Assembly (NCBI RefSeq): GCF_964204645.1
Contig: NC_134032.1
Coordinates: forward strand, 8,854,275 to 8,918,274
Origin: Tubulanus polymorphus
Lineage: Eukaryota > Animalia > Nemertea
Reading direction: 5' to 3'
Length of the DNA: 64,000 nucleotides
Part shown: one piece after another, positions 1-12,624 of the stretch
Numbering within the stretch: the first letter of the stretch is position 1
Layout: each line of letters begins with the position of its first letter
Position numbers and translations under genes: made by a program
The notes under the pieces: model-generated
What the model was told of the DNA's origin: nothing
Databases searched by the model: none
What the model saw: the letters and a program-made list of their open reading frames with translations, nothing else

Positions 1-830
1 TACTGCAATCGTCGTCACCCCCGATTTCATTCAACAACTTCCGAATAAATCCCCAGAGAACCAAACAGGTAACTATAAAGGTTTCGATTACTTGAGTTTC
101 TATGAATTTAGGACTGATTATATCTCACCATTCCAAGTGGTAGACCTATACTTACCCTTAAATACGGAATTGATCCGGTTTGGTCTTCAAACAGCGCAAG
201 CTATCTTCGTGTCCAGGTTTGCGTCATTGTGGTGGATTCTGACGATTGCAAATTCTTCAATAATCGGATTTGCATTGTTGATCGCAGCTAATGCCGGTTC
301 AAAAATGATATTTAATTAGTGCTTTCGAAAATAAATCGAACAGTTGTTGGCATTTGCGGTTGGTTTCGCGATTGTTTTGTACGCGCTTCAATCGATCGGG
401 TGCGCTACTCCATTTTGGATTCTCTTTGCTGCATTAGACCTAACCATAATTATTCGTGCCTTCTTTGATATACCGAACAACATCGACGATTCAAAAACAG
501 AAACAACATAATTCCAGCTCAGTGTTGTGAAAGGAATGCTCAACGTCAACATAATAGATAGCCTCATAATTTTTGACGCCATAAAAACCGTTACAATGAT
601 TTATTTTCGTGCGATAGTATATGCGTTATTCAATAACTATCACAATTGTAAATTTTGGCGTTTATTTTGTAATTAGATTTATTTCATAACTTTAATTGAT
701 TTTATGTAAATCAACATCCGAGACGATATTAAAGACGGCTTTAGATATTTCCATAAGTCGGGTCTTTATCTTACTATTGATAGTTGGTGCCATACACTAA
801 TATGTCGTAATGAACATCAATGTTGATTTC
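1..830 (+). pseudogene. Degenerate copy of the adjacent SLC18-like MFS transporter (5' end outside window)
   Basis: Clear nucleotide similarity to 1965-2570 and ~2950-3050 (e.g. gcgtcattgtggtggattctgacgattgcaaattc, gacgattcaaaaacagaaac), with frameshifts, stops and a large internal deletion. Confidence 0.8.
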
Positions 831-1732
831 ATTGGTTTTAGAGCATTCTCAATTCTGAAGCCTTTCTGGCGGATAACCGTTTAGATAGCACCACGCGAAG
901 TGCCAATTAAATAGGACTTTCGTACATGAAAATTAATTGGGCCGATACTGAGTCTGGTACATCTGTCGCCTACATGAATTTGGTTACGTAAAACACGTGT
1001 TTAATAATAAAGCTAATCCATCAATTCAAATTTATTCTAATTACCATTTAAACTACATTAGTTCTTTGAATATATCGAAACAATTTAGTACTTTAAAGAA
1101 TACTGTCGACTCACTTTAATATTTTGTCGTTTCACACCAAAAAACACACGTGGCACACATGCGTGGGGCTGTCCATGAGACGTCCAAGAAGCTCGAAGGG
1201 GGGGGGGGGGGTTGTGAATTTGTCTGCTATTCAAGCTCGGTTGTCAGATGTTCGGTATTTTTGAACTTTTTTTTCCAACCTCGCATTCTCCGAGGCACTG
1301 GGATCCATCTGGTTGTCTATGATATGTTTTCATTATGTTGTGGTTGCTGTCCTGGATTTCATTACCAGCGAGGTCCTGTGGGCCTTGGACGTTTATCATA
1401 TCAATGTGGTCTCTTCCGGACAATCCAGCACATAACAAGACAACTGCTTATGATACCGTTACTCCTACTGGTTTATTCAGATTATTTTTACAATCCATGT
1501 CATGCAATGAACTTAATCTATCATTCTAGCCGCGCACCTATACGAACGTCGCCACGCAAGGTTTTGAGAAGAAAAGACAAAAGCAATCGATTTGTTCATA
1601 CGATGACCATTACTGATTACCACGAAGGATATCTCGTTATCTAGATAACAGCAACTGAGCACGGATCTGGTGATTATGAACGTTTTTGCGTAATATTTCA
1701 ACAACTCGAACCCACCTGTTGTCAACAACGAT

Positions 1733-3094
1733 ATGATGCTGCTCAATGGATTGAAAGTGACGATGGATGATAACGATGCGGATAGAGAAGTATTGGTTGA
1801 CAATGGCGCAACTGGCGAGGAATCTGAATACGGAGCTGTTGATACTCTCTCTAAAGTTCCAGAAGAAGGAAAGTGTAGTTCTTGTAAGATGCGGTTTCAG
1901 TGCAGTCCTGTAGTTATTGTGTGTATTGTTAGTTTAGCATTACTGGTACTCGAAACAACTACTGGAACTGTAATTATCGTTACATCTGATCTCCTGAAGG
2001 AAGTCCAAAATACATCCTCGGCGGACAAACGGATAACTGTAAAGGTGCAAATTACTCGATTTGCTTTCGATGCAGGACTGATTTTGGGCACTCTTCTTAG
2101 CGGTAGACTTACTTTCAAATTCGGACATTTATATCCGTTCTGCTTCGGTCTACTAACAGCACAAAGCGCTATCTTCATGTGCGTTTTTGCGTCATTGTGG
2201 TGGATTCTGGCGATTGCAAATTCGTTAATAGGACTTGCAGTGGCAATCGTAGTAAATGCTGGGTCAACGATGGTATCTTTTGCTTTCGAAAATAAATCGG
2301 ACAGAGCTGTGGCACTTTCGGTTATAAACAGTTGTCGAGTCGGCGGAAGCGCCTTTGGTTTCGCAATGGCCTTGTACGAGGTTCAATTGATCGGGCGCGC
2401 TACTCCATTTTGGATACTTTTTGCTGCATTAGGGCTAACGATACTTATTCGCGCCTTCATTGAAATACCGAACAACCACGACGATTCAAAAACAGAAACT
2501 CAATTCCAGCTCAGAGTTGTGAAAGCAATGCTCACTGACGCGCAAACAGTAGTCTTACTCGGCATCAACTTTATGGATGATATCATATATATCACATACC
2601 ATACGTTAATGCCATTATGGATTATGGAAAGTTTTACGATGGTGAATTGGCAACTAGGGACTGTAAGACTGTCATCAGCAGTTTTCTTTGTTATCACTAC
2701 AAATGTATTTGGATTCATTGTGTCTAAAACTAGAAATTACCGATGGATTTACGCTATAATTTACTGCCTTCTAGCTACAATTTCAATGTTTTCTTATCCG
2801 TTTATAAGTAACATTTGGCAAGCGTTCGGTCCGGATATGATCTATACATTAGCAATTAGTTTGTTCGGTGGATTTTATTATTCTTGGTTGTCAGATGTTG
2901 CAGATCAGAAATACGATCAACATTACGAGACATTATTCGCTTTGGATATTTTCATTGGTCGGCCATTAGCTACTGTTTTACTATTAATAGCCGATGCCAT
3001 ACAGCCATATGTCGGGTATACAGCCATATTCATAAGCATCGGTATCTTACATTTGATTTATTTGTTTACGTCTATCATTCTTCGAGACATGTGA
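1733..3094 (+). CDS. Intronless MFS transporter, divergent SLC18 (vesicular amine/acetylcholine transporter)-like
   Basis: 453-aa ORF with ~12 hydrophobic segments; VMAT-like motifs VIVCIVSLALL, IGRATPF, MPLWIMESF..WQLG, VADQKY..Y..LFALD. Confidence 0.8.
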   Translation: MMLLNGLKVTMDDNDADREVLVDNGATGEESEYGAVDTLSKVPEEGKCSSCKMRFQCSPVVIVCIVSLALLVLETTTGTVIIVTSDLLKEVQNTSSADKRITVKVQITRFAFDAGLILGTLLSGRLTFKFGHLYPFCFGLLTAQSAIFMCVFASLWWILAIANSLIGLAVAIVVNAGSTMVSFAFENKSDRAVALSVINSCRVGGSAFGFAMALYEVQLIGRATPFWILFAALGLTILIRAFIEIPNNHDDSKTETQFQLRVVKAMLTDAQTVVLLGINFMDDIIYITYHTLMPLWIMESFTMVNWQLGTVRLSSAVFFVITTNVFGFIVSKTRNYRWIYAIIYCLLATISMFSYPFISNIWQAFGPDMIYTLAISLFGGFYYSWLSDVADQKYDQHYETLFALDIFIGRPLATVLLLIADAIQPYVGYTAIFISIGILHLIYLFTSIILRDM

Positions 3095-4402
3095 TGATAA
3101 ATCTTTCATCGATAATAGTGCTATTGGTGATACTTTTTTTCACCTCAAGTGTCTTTCATAATAAACCGGAATCCCTTCATCATAAGAATAACATTATTCT
3201 ACATGTTTAGGCTGTAGGTACCTTTCGAAAGCTAAAACCACACTCTCAATTATGATTAGACGATGAAATTGAACCTAATGGTATCTGCGGAATAGCAAGA
3301 CTCTCATCTTTCGATAGCAATAAGACGTGAACAAATTTTCCATTTTTATCCACACTTACTTCTTAGATGTTGGTTCTGTCAAATCCACCTTTTTCTCTTG
3401 TTTAGATAAATGATACTTGTCCTTCCTCGGTAAATACTTGAAATATTATTATTAATATTATATTATTCCGTTATCGGTGGTTAAACTATAGCAGTAATGT
3501 ACTTTAAGTAATGTACGGAAGCTGGAGTTCATGGCCAGTGTTGCTATTCAGACAACCTGCGTTGACGCGTACGTCATACATAAACAATAAATAGAAGTAA
3601 TATAAATAAATACGTCGGGATGTGACGTATGTATCCGTTAAGGAAAACCTAAATATGGCACGGTCATGAGCTCCGACGAGCGAAAATTGTATTTTCAGGT
3701 CATCGCGACGTGTGTAGGTACGTAAACACTCCATATATGGGTTGGAGGAATGTTGTGACGTTTGAATACGTCACAATCCGTGAATACCAAGCCATGTGTG
3801 GAAAAGGGCCTCCACACGTTACTAAACAATAAATAATATAAAAATGGAAGAAGAGCGAGTCTTAAGGAGAGCCCGAGAGGGAGATAGAATGTACACACCT
3901 GGTTAAGAGAAATAGATACGAATAGATAACTTAAGAAATCGTTCAAGTTATGTGCGAGAGCATTACAAGCAGGTCAAGAACCCAGGACCGAGATACGGCC
4001 TTAGAACACAGTGAACCATCACAACAACACTGGTAGATATAACACTACCACATATTGACCGTTCATTCTGCATTCAAATTAAAAAGTAAGATTTAAGGAT
4101 TTTACGTTCTCAATCGGATTCTTTATAATTTTGTAATAATGACTGCGACATCGATGATGATTTTATTTACACTGCTTTAGAATAGATACCCGCGTACCAT
4201 AGATGACGCCTATGCGCTTAGGGAAAAACTAATTCGTGTTATAAAGATAATAAAACGTCGAATTTTTATACACACATATCGTTCTAGCGTACGTACGTCA
4301 ATTTGAAAAGAACAGTAGCGTACAAGGCGGGAGGGTGGTCAAAAATCGGAAGATTTTTGCGTATGTACCTAATTGGATGGCTAAATGGATGGTATCTTAC
4401 TG

Positions 4403-4545
4403 CGCGTCGTAATATATGGTCAATGGGTTGGGCTATTTAGGAATGCAAGATAATAGGAAGGTATAAGTCGGACAAAATGCCGGGACAAAATGGCCACAAA
4501 AACTAACTAGTGAAATAAACATTATCAACCTTATTGACAGCAGTT
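4403..4545 (-). pseudogene. GPCR paralog fragment A (TM4-ECL2)
   Basis: Similar to 6180-6310 of the intact GPCR (cgtaatatatggtcaatgg...aaatggccacaaaaactaa), with indels. Confidence 0.7.
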
Positions 4546-4560
4546 GTTAAAACCAAATAG

Positions 4561-4846
4561 GCCACTGTATGCGCTTACCACGCCTTGTAATGTATGGCCA
4601 ATGGGTGGAGCAATTTAGGAATACAATTTGACTGGGGGTTAGAAAGTGAACGAAATGGCCACAAAAACCAATTAGCGCAATGAACACCATCAACCATATT
4701 TATAGTAACTTTTTGGGAAATGTTGATTTCATTGGAAACAAAACGGCGATTAACCGCTCAAGACTGAGCTGTACAGTACACCAGTTACGCATCATATGGA
4801 ATATGTAGAAAAATAGCACGTCGGCCGGATGAATCCAACCAAAATG
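4561..4846 (-). pseudogene. GPCR paralog fragment B (ECL1-TM3-TM4-ECL2)
   Basis: Colinear with 6160-6450 (aaccgctcaagactgagc, ccagttacgcatcat, gaatatgtagaaaaat); no start, deletions present. Confidence 0.8.
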
Positions 4847-4850
4847 ATCG

Positions 4851-4958
4851 GTAGTTTCTCTCGAAAAAAAAAACGGTAAAATGGCATGGAAAAATTTCTA
4901 TCATGGTGGTGAAGCCACTCGCAAGGTTGGGTTGTTCATGGTTCGAATCCCGATTATG
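4851..4958. repeat. Dispersed ~110-bp repeat, copy 1 (copy 2 at 7560-7667)
   Basis: gtagtttct...aaatggcatgga...gaagccact...ggttcgaatcccgatt shared by both copies. Confidence 0.65.
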
Positions 4959-5731
4959 AAATCACCAGTATATGAGTTTTTTTCAATCATAAAATATAAC
5001 AAAAAACCTGTAGATAGTGTGAATAAAACAAAATATTTCTTACTTCACGACTTCACACTATATATGGATTTTCTTAGTTCTTTCGATATTTCAAATTATC
5101 GCTGTTATTAAAAAGCTATTAAGAAATGATATCTCGTTCATGTTTTTGTTTTATTGAATAGTATTAAACCAAGTCCAATAGCTCGAAAAAACAAATGAAT
5201 TTGGATTTTAGCCCCGTACAACTGCAACTAGATAAAGCACGCCTCAAATGAACATAGATTTGTAACAACTATTTCTATTTATCATCTGGTTCTCTGGAAT
5301 CTGGCAATCTTGTGGATTGATTATTTAGATTTAAATCGACATATAAAGGAGAAATTCGATGTGGTGGTCCTGCTGCACGCTAGCAAGCGAATACAGGTAG
5401 AATTCTGCTTGTCACAATAGCGTTGTGTTGTGGGTACCCAATTATGCCACCACGAGACTGGTTCGGCAATACATAACATTGTCAGTCTTTAATGGTTTAA
5501 ATCATGAGATTATAGACCAGTCTTAGCTAGATAGTTATAAATAAATGGGCCATAGAACAAAGTGGATTATCATTCTTACTATCTATGGCAAGTGTATTCA
5601 AATGATCAATTTGACGAAGCTTAACTAAATTGTGAAATTGTTTTTTAAACAAAGAATGATGCATGTGAATCAAACGTTTCCGAATAGTTATTTGATAGGA
5701 TTGCCTCATTTCGTAACGCAGTAAAGTTTGA

Positions 5732-6787
5732 CTAATTTTTTGTTTTGATGCTTTTTACTATTTCAAAGGACACTTTTCTGAATTTCTCATTCGTCACGCA
5801 ATACACGATGAAGTTTACTGACGAATCGACGATAGAAAATCCCAAAGCTATCAGTCTCATTGTGTTCAAATATGGGATATATCCTAAACCCATTAAACGG
5901 TCGATAAAACCAAACCCTTCGCAGATGATAAACATCGCAACGACTGATAAAACCATTTTTAGAACCCTCGTTTCTCGTCTAGACGATTCGTCAGTAACGC
6001 CGAGCTGTGATCGTCGAATAATCCAACGGTAAAATGTCACCGAAATAAGAATAACATTGATGGCAACTAAAAAGCAAATTGGAATCAACACAGTAAGATA
6101 CATGAATAGAAAACGCTCTGATATAACGAAATCCCATTTGAAACGGTTGAACGGAATGCGCCACTTTATGCCCTTACCACGCCTCGTAATGTATGGCCAA
6201 TGTGTAGGGCAATTTAGGAATACAAAATGATTGGGTGGTAGAAAGTGAACGAAATGGCCGCAGAAACTAAGTAACGAAATGAACACCATCAAACATATCG
6301 ATAGTAACTTTTTGGGGAATTTACGAGATTTCATCGGAAACAATACGACGATTAAACGCTCTAGACTGAGCAGTACAGTGCACCAGTTACGCGTCATTTG
6401 AAATATGTAGAAAAATGGCCTAGCGGCGTAGATGAAAACCCAACCAAAATTCCAGTCATTTATATGAAATAAAATATTTCGCAAAACGGTATAAACGTAC
6501 GCAGTTCTCAGCGGATACAGAATGAACGTAGCGATCATGAACGAAAGATCGTTTACAGCGAGGAGTTTGATGAGAAAATAAGTATCAGATTTGAATCGTT
6601 TTAGAACAAACAACGTGAATGCGTTGAATGTTATACCCAGCACTGACGCCGGTAGATACCATCCTAAATATGTAAAAACACTGAATTTGTTGATCCACTT
6701 CTCTGGGCGAGATTCATAAATCTGACACAAGCTGCGCTTTGTCATTGTCAACGTGGCACTTGTACTCGTAATGTTTTTATCGAACAT
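5732..6787 (-). CDS. Intronless class A (rhodopsin-like) GPCR, FMRFamide/peptide-receptor-like orphan
   Basis: 7 TM segments; LAVND (TM2), LSLERL (DRY equivalent), FIICE (TM6), DSSVNFIVY (NPxxY equivalent); first ATG at 6787 (the ORF track starts at a TTG); N-terminal NIT sequon. Confidence 0.88.
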   Translation of the reverse strand: MFDKNITSTSATLTMTKRSLCQIYESRPEKWINKFSVFTYLGWYLPASVLGITFNAFTLFVLKRFKSDTYFLIKLLAVNDLSFMIATFILYPLRTAYVYTVLRNILFHINDWNFGWVFIYAARPFFYIFQMTRNWCTVLLSLERLIVVLFPMKSRKFPKKLLSICLMVFISLLSFCGHFVHFLPPNHFVFLNCPTHWPYITRRGKGIKWRIPFNRFKWDFVISERFLFMYLTVLIPICFLVAINVILISVTFYRWIIRRSQLGVTDESSRRETRVLKMVLSVVAMFIICEGFGFIDRLMGLGYIPYLNTMRLIALGFSIVDSSVNFIVYCVTNEKFRKVSFEIVKSIKTKN

Positions 6788-7234
6788 CTCGTAAGCTAGC
6801 TCTGTAAACTGAGACAATTTGACTATTCTTTTGTGAAATATTTGCTCACATTTCCATGGAAATTGAAATTGTATGAAATCTAGAATTTGTTTTCTCTCCG
6901 TTTTGCGATGCTCGTTCTAAGAACTATTGAACTAATGACATTATATATAAAGAATATGATTACCCATGGCGGTTATGTATATGCAAACGCCACTGGCAAT
7001 AAGTATGACGCATAAGCTTTAGGTATTTATTTTGCTTAATGAATTTTTCGATATCCGTACAAATTAGGCAAGGCAAATCATGATCGTAGAAATGATATGC
7101 AACACGGTATATCATAAAACATTTGTACGTTTGCATAGGGCTTTCATTTCACTCTTATCTTATTTCATATTTAGTACATTTAATACAACTAACAGTCATT
7201 GGCATCCTCGCTTGCCAGTGTTTAATATCCGTCC

Positions 7235-7470
7235 CCAAAACAAAACCCTGGCCAAAAACCCTTCATTGGTCTATTAGATCGCCCACGATTTCTTGGATGG
7301 ACAGGCTCCCGTTCAGCGCCCACCAGTCGAACAAACTTGCCGGTAAAAACAAGGCATCTGATTGGATTGAGATATAGACTGGTGGCCGCTAAGCGTTAAC
7401 CTGTCCAGCCAAGAAATTTTGGGTGATGTAATTGACCAATTGAAGGGTTTGCGGCCGGAGTTTGTGTTTG
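7235..7470. mobile_element. Degenerate foldback/MITE-like inverted repeat
   Basis: ~95-bp imperfect arms 7235-7328 and 7377-7470 (cccttcattggtc..tttcttggatggacagg..ccaccagtc and its reverse complement). Confidence 0.6.
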
Positions 7471-7559
7471 CGTGAGAGCTTCGGTGGGCGGCAATCAAAC
7501 CCTCTCCAGAGAGGATGGTCGTTGGTTGCTGTTCTTAAAAAACAGTTAACTACTGAGAT

Positions 7560-7667
7560 GTAGTTTCTAGCGCAAAACCGATGAAATGGCATGGATCAAA
7601 ATTCTACTAAGGGTGCCAGAAGCCACTGTCAATTTCGGGTTGCTCGTGGTTCGAATCCCGATTGTAA
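7560..7667. repeat. Dispersed ~110-bp repeat, copy 2
   Basis: Matches 4851-4958. Confidence 0.65.
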
Positions 7668-8405
7668 CGTTACTCGTATTAAAGGATGTTAATGATATTG
7701 AAATGTATATCCCCATTTCATACACTACGTTACTCAGTTTAAGATTAACTGCAAGCCTACTGAAAAAGAATCAAATTTAAATATAATTATGATAGAATAA
7801 TCAAATAATTATTCTTATCATGAAAATATAAGTATAATTATGAATAAATAAAAATAATTAAATAGTTATAGTTATTCAATGCAGTAGGTTAAATTACCAG
7901 CTTGAATTAATCCACAATACATATAGGTATGAATAAAAAATGTGAATTTAGTAAATAAATCAATAGGAAGAAGAATAAATATATAATTCATGTTTATCAA
8001 GAACAATATAAAATGACATCACACACGGACGGGCCCTCCTATATCAATCCTTCGTAGCTTAGGTGTCAAGTTGTAGGTTTTTGGTAACGATGTCAGTGGT
8101 CTCGAATCCCACGCGTTTCTGGCGTTTTCAGAGACATGGTTGGTCACATGACCAATTTCTACACGAAATAGAACCGGTTTGTTTCTAAGTGACAGAGTTC
8201 GTATAAGTTTCTACACGCAATAGAAACGGCAAATTCCGCCATCTGATTGGTCGAGGACGCTCGACCGGGTTCTAAAGTGCATAAACCAATGCTTATTATG
8301 TGTAAAGGCTTTAACTGAATTCTGAAATAGCTTTTTATGCGATTAATGATATGCCCAATTGAATCAGACGTTTAGAAATAGTTTTCTTTTGATAGGATTG
8401 CCTTA

Positions 8406-9291
8406 TTAATGTAACGCAGTAATGTTTGAATTGTTTTTCATTTCTATACGCTTAACTATCTCAAAGGACACTTTTCTGAATTTTGCATTCGTCACGCAAT
8501 ACACGATAAAGTTTACTGACGAATCGATGATAGAAAACCCCAACGCTATTGGTCTCATCGTATTCAAATGCGGGATATATCCTAGACCCATTAAACGGTC
8601 GATGAAACCAAAACCTTCGCAAATAATAAACACCGAAACGACTGATAAAACCATCTTAATACCCTCGTTTCTCTTCTAGACGATTCGTCAGTAACGCCGA
8701 GCTGTGATCGTCGAATAACCCGACGGTAAAATGTCACCAGAAGTAGAATATTATTCATGATAACTAAAAAGCAAATTGGAATCAAGGCGGTAAGATACAT
8801 GAATAGAAAACGCGTGGAAACGATCATATTCCATTTGAAATGGTTGAACCAAACATCCCAGTTCCTGCCCTTATTATGCGTCGTAATGTATGGCCAATCG
8901 GTGGGGAAATTCGAAGATATAATATTATGAGAGGGCAGGAATTTTACGAAATGGCCACAGAAACTAAGTAGCGTAATAAACGCCAACAACCATATTGATA
9001 GTAACTTTATGCGAAAGTTATGAGATTTAATTGGAAACAATACAACAACTAACCGCTCTAGACTAAGCATTATAGTGCCCCAGTTACGCATTATCTGGAA
9101 TATGTCGAAAAAAGGCAAAGCTACCGAGATAAAAATTACACCAAAATTCCAGTCGTTCCGGCGAAACAAAACATCTCCCAAAACGGCGTAAATGTACACA
9201 GTTCTCATTGGATAAAGAATGAATGCGGCGATCATAAACAATCGATCGTTGATAGCAAGAATTCTGATTAGAAAATAACTAATCAGATTTG
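8406..9291 (-). pseudogene. GPCR paralog, frameshifted before TM6 and lacking N-terminus/TM1
   Basis: ORFs 8591-9313 and 8406-8654 together match the intact GPCR; 1-bp loss near 8658; homology ends ~9291, where a satellite starts; 3' flank also homologous. Confidence 0.85.
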
Positions 9292-9311
9292 TACGGCAGC
9301 ATCTTGGCGAC

Positions 9312-9837
9312 AATTATATTTATTTTTTTTTTTGTAGCTCCCAAAAACGTAATTATTTTAAATTAAATTAATTTTCTGTGTGAAAAAATCACACAGAAAT
9401 ATAATTATATTTATCATTTTTCTCGACGGCGGCCATTTTTCTGTGTGAGATCACGAAAAATAATTAGTTATATTTATCTTTTAGTAGATCCCAGAAACAT
9501 AATTATTTTAAATTAAATCAATTTTCTATGTGAAATAATCACAGAGAAAAATAATTTACATTTATATTTACCATTTTTCTCGATGGCGGCCATTTTTATG
9601 TGTGAAAAAATCGCACAGAAAAATAATTAACATTTATATTTACCATTTTTCTCGATGGCGGCCATTTTTCTGTGTGAAAAAATCACAAAGAAAAGTAATT
9701 TATATTTATATTTGTCATTTTTCTCGATGGCGGCCATTTTTTTGTGTGAAGAAATCACACAGAAAAATAATTTATATTTATATTTATATAAAATGGCCGC
9801 CATCGAGAAAAATGATAAATATAAATATAAATTATAT
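9312..9837. repeat. ~58-bp AT-rich tandem satellite with a terminal inverted unit
   Basis: Repeated ttttctcgatggcggccatttt...tgtgaaaaaatcacacagaaa; last unit (~9790-9835) is reverse-complemented. Confidence 0.85.
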
Positions 9838-11244
9838 TACAGCTTAGCATAGTACTTTCTTAGGAGGTATTGCCCGGGTCTGAAGTTTCTTTAAATGCCT
9901 CGTCTCAAAGTCACTGCTGTGGAACACCGAGCCAACTCATTATCGTAATAGACTGAAACTGACCGATTTAACCATGATTTATAGTTTTTCCCAAATAAAA
10001 GCGATGAGCTACTAAGTTCTGTGCCCAGCAAAGAATGAATCCATAATTATTACAGCAAATGTCGGATGTTCTGAAGCTATTACTGTTCTATACATAACTA
10101 ATTGATAAGATTCATCTAGTACATTCGTTCGGAGGCCGAAATGTTGACATTCGACTAGTAAGATAAATTCGGTTAATTCGTTTTCGCAGACGAAGAGCAT
10201 CGGGAGAAATATCGATTTCGAGAGAGAGGGAGTAGTGTCGAATTCATATCGGCATTGAAGAAGCCAAAAGAGCACCCTCTTATCACGAGAAATTGATTAT
10301 TTTTCACTTTTTATTGGTAAAATGACAGCATTTTCATTCGAACTGATCGTAGCCAGGAACGATATGTGGTAGCCCGAGATTCAAAAAGGTTACTGGATTT
10401 TAACGATTGGTTGAAAGTTTTAACGGATCGTCGGGTAACGGGCTTCTCTAACTTTTGATTTAATCAATGAATTAATAGAATAAAAATTTATTCCATTTAT
10501 ATTGAATAGATTGTGTAGAATTTAAGAAGAAGAAAGTAAACACATAGGCCGAGTCCATTATTAGGGGGGAGGGGGAAGGGGCTCGTTGACGAAATTCCAC
10601 CCGAGCTTAAGAAAATCTGGGCATCGATTTCAGAGCATGTACGTGCCTTCAAAGAATGTACAAAAATTGTAGGAAAAAAGAAGCAAATTGCTTTTCTTTG
10701 CATCTAATTTTTTTTAAGATTGTCTGCGCGAGTACTCTCAGGACAAGACATTAGCGTGGGTACCCTACAAAAAGTTCCACTTCCTTGAAAAAAGATCCAC
10801 TTTCATGGAAATTGGCCCCACCGCAAATACATGTCTGGCTTCGGTATAGGTGGAATCTCTAATTACGTACCACAGTAGTATTGGAGGTTTTCCATTCGTC
10901 TATATCGCCAATATTCCAAAGTCGAAGATATCCCAGGCCGAATTCGTTTAAAATCTATTGTTTCTTTTCTCCTGTGGTTAAATCGAAACGGTATAACGTG
11001 TTACGGCTGAGGGCTTATAAGAAAAAATCAAGTTTTCTTTTAAATACCGGGACGAAGTCCACCCACACCGGTAATCCAATTACCCGCGACTGTAAAACAT
11101 TTCCACGAAGTGACAATATTTCAGATATAAAGTCCATCCTATCTCAAACAATAGTAGTTTCTCGAACGACATTTTCCTTCGTTAACGACCGCATAACGTT
11201 TGGCCAACTTAAATACGTTTGAGATATTTTGATTGAAACGTCTT

Positions 11245-11600
11245 TTACTTTACTCACTGTTTTCCCTTACTCACACTGTCTTTTGATTTACTGTTAACTT
11301 TAACTTAACTGTAACCATTCAATTAACTTTTACCTTCTAATTTACTGTGACTCTTGATCCACTTTTACATTTTAATATACTTTTATACCTTTTAATTTAC
11401 AGTTACCTTTACTTTTACCTTTCCCTTTACTGCTACCTTTTACGTTCTTATTTTAATCGGACTTATTACTTTACTCTAACTTGATACTTAACTCCAACTC
11501 TTAACACTTTAAACAACTTTTCCTTTATACATTAGTTTTTTTTTACTCTTGATTTTTTAATTTACTTTTACATTTTTAAACCTAATTTTTGCGTTACTTT
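11245..11600. repeat. Pyrimidine-rich low-complexity tract (tttac/ttaac-like)
   Basis: Near absence of G; recurring tttact/ttaact words. Confidence 0.6.
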
Positions 11601-12624
11601 TCTTCGCTGTGGTTTACGTTGCTTTATTTGTATGCCTTATAAAAGACAATCCCAGTGTTACAATACATCTCAACCTGTACAATACATAGTCATATACATA
11701 CAAACGAAGATGATGGATGACATATATCACTAGCAAAACTACACAGATTATACGTAGTTCGACTCCATTTCTAGATTGTATTAAGTGATTCGTATTAGAA
11801 AATTTGCCAACATTTTGGTTCTGTTTCTTTTTTAGATTCTGACAGAAAGGGGAAATGTTTCGATTGGAAATAATCTAGAATTTGATTTAAAAGAGTTTGG
11901 TTTCAACTATTGAGGAACCTAAAAGAAAAGATATATCTCTTTTTTGTCTGGAAATTATGTTGGCTTTAAAGCCAGATATAAATAATTCACTACAAAATAA
12001 AGATTTTGATAACCAACTTTTCAATTTATAAAACAATTTTTCAACAAAGGAAAACTTGTTGCACCATAGAAAGGATATACTTTCTCGAAAGAACGCGGGC
12101 TTTGAGGCCACATATTAAGCTAGTCAGCTAGCAAAAATTCATTGACTAAATCTGAGAAAGTCACAAATTTTTTACTCAACGATCGGAATTAGGGATAGAA
12201 CAGTCGACGAATATTCCATTTATGGTCTGAGTTTTTTTTACGTTCATTCAAATATCAGCTAGTTCCAGCGAAACGAACCACGGATCACGAACCAGAACAA
12301 AAACCCCATAAATAATTATTCTCCATTGACGCAATTCTATCGGGTAATCGCTTTCTTTTGGAATATTGTAACCTAATTTTTTTTCGAAAACTACTTCAGG
12401 TTTTATATTTCTATTTATGAGTTGGAGATTTTCAGGTATTTCCGCTGATTACTCGCGGCCGAATTGTTCAGTGGCCTCAGGAGCACTTAAATATACGAGT
12501 ATTCGATGAGTTAGTATGCCGAAAAGGAAGGACGATATTCAAGTGCAGGTAAAGTTAGCTCATAATCTTACTGGCTTACTGACCCCCTGAGATATTCGCT
12601 ACTTTACCCCTATTCCTCCCAATT

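Noticed and set aside
1150-1644. 164-aa ORF with a faint LINE-like CG..T..HI motif
   Set aside because: Too degenerate to support as a gene or a LINE remnant without a search
3500-4010. Possible solo LTR ending in ...ttagaaca
   Set aside because: No second copy, TSD or primer-binding site identifiable
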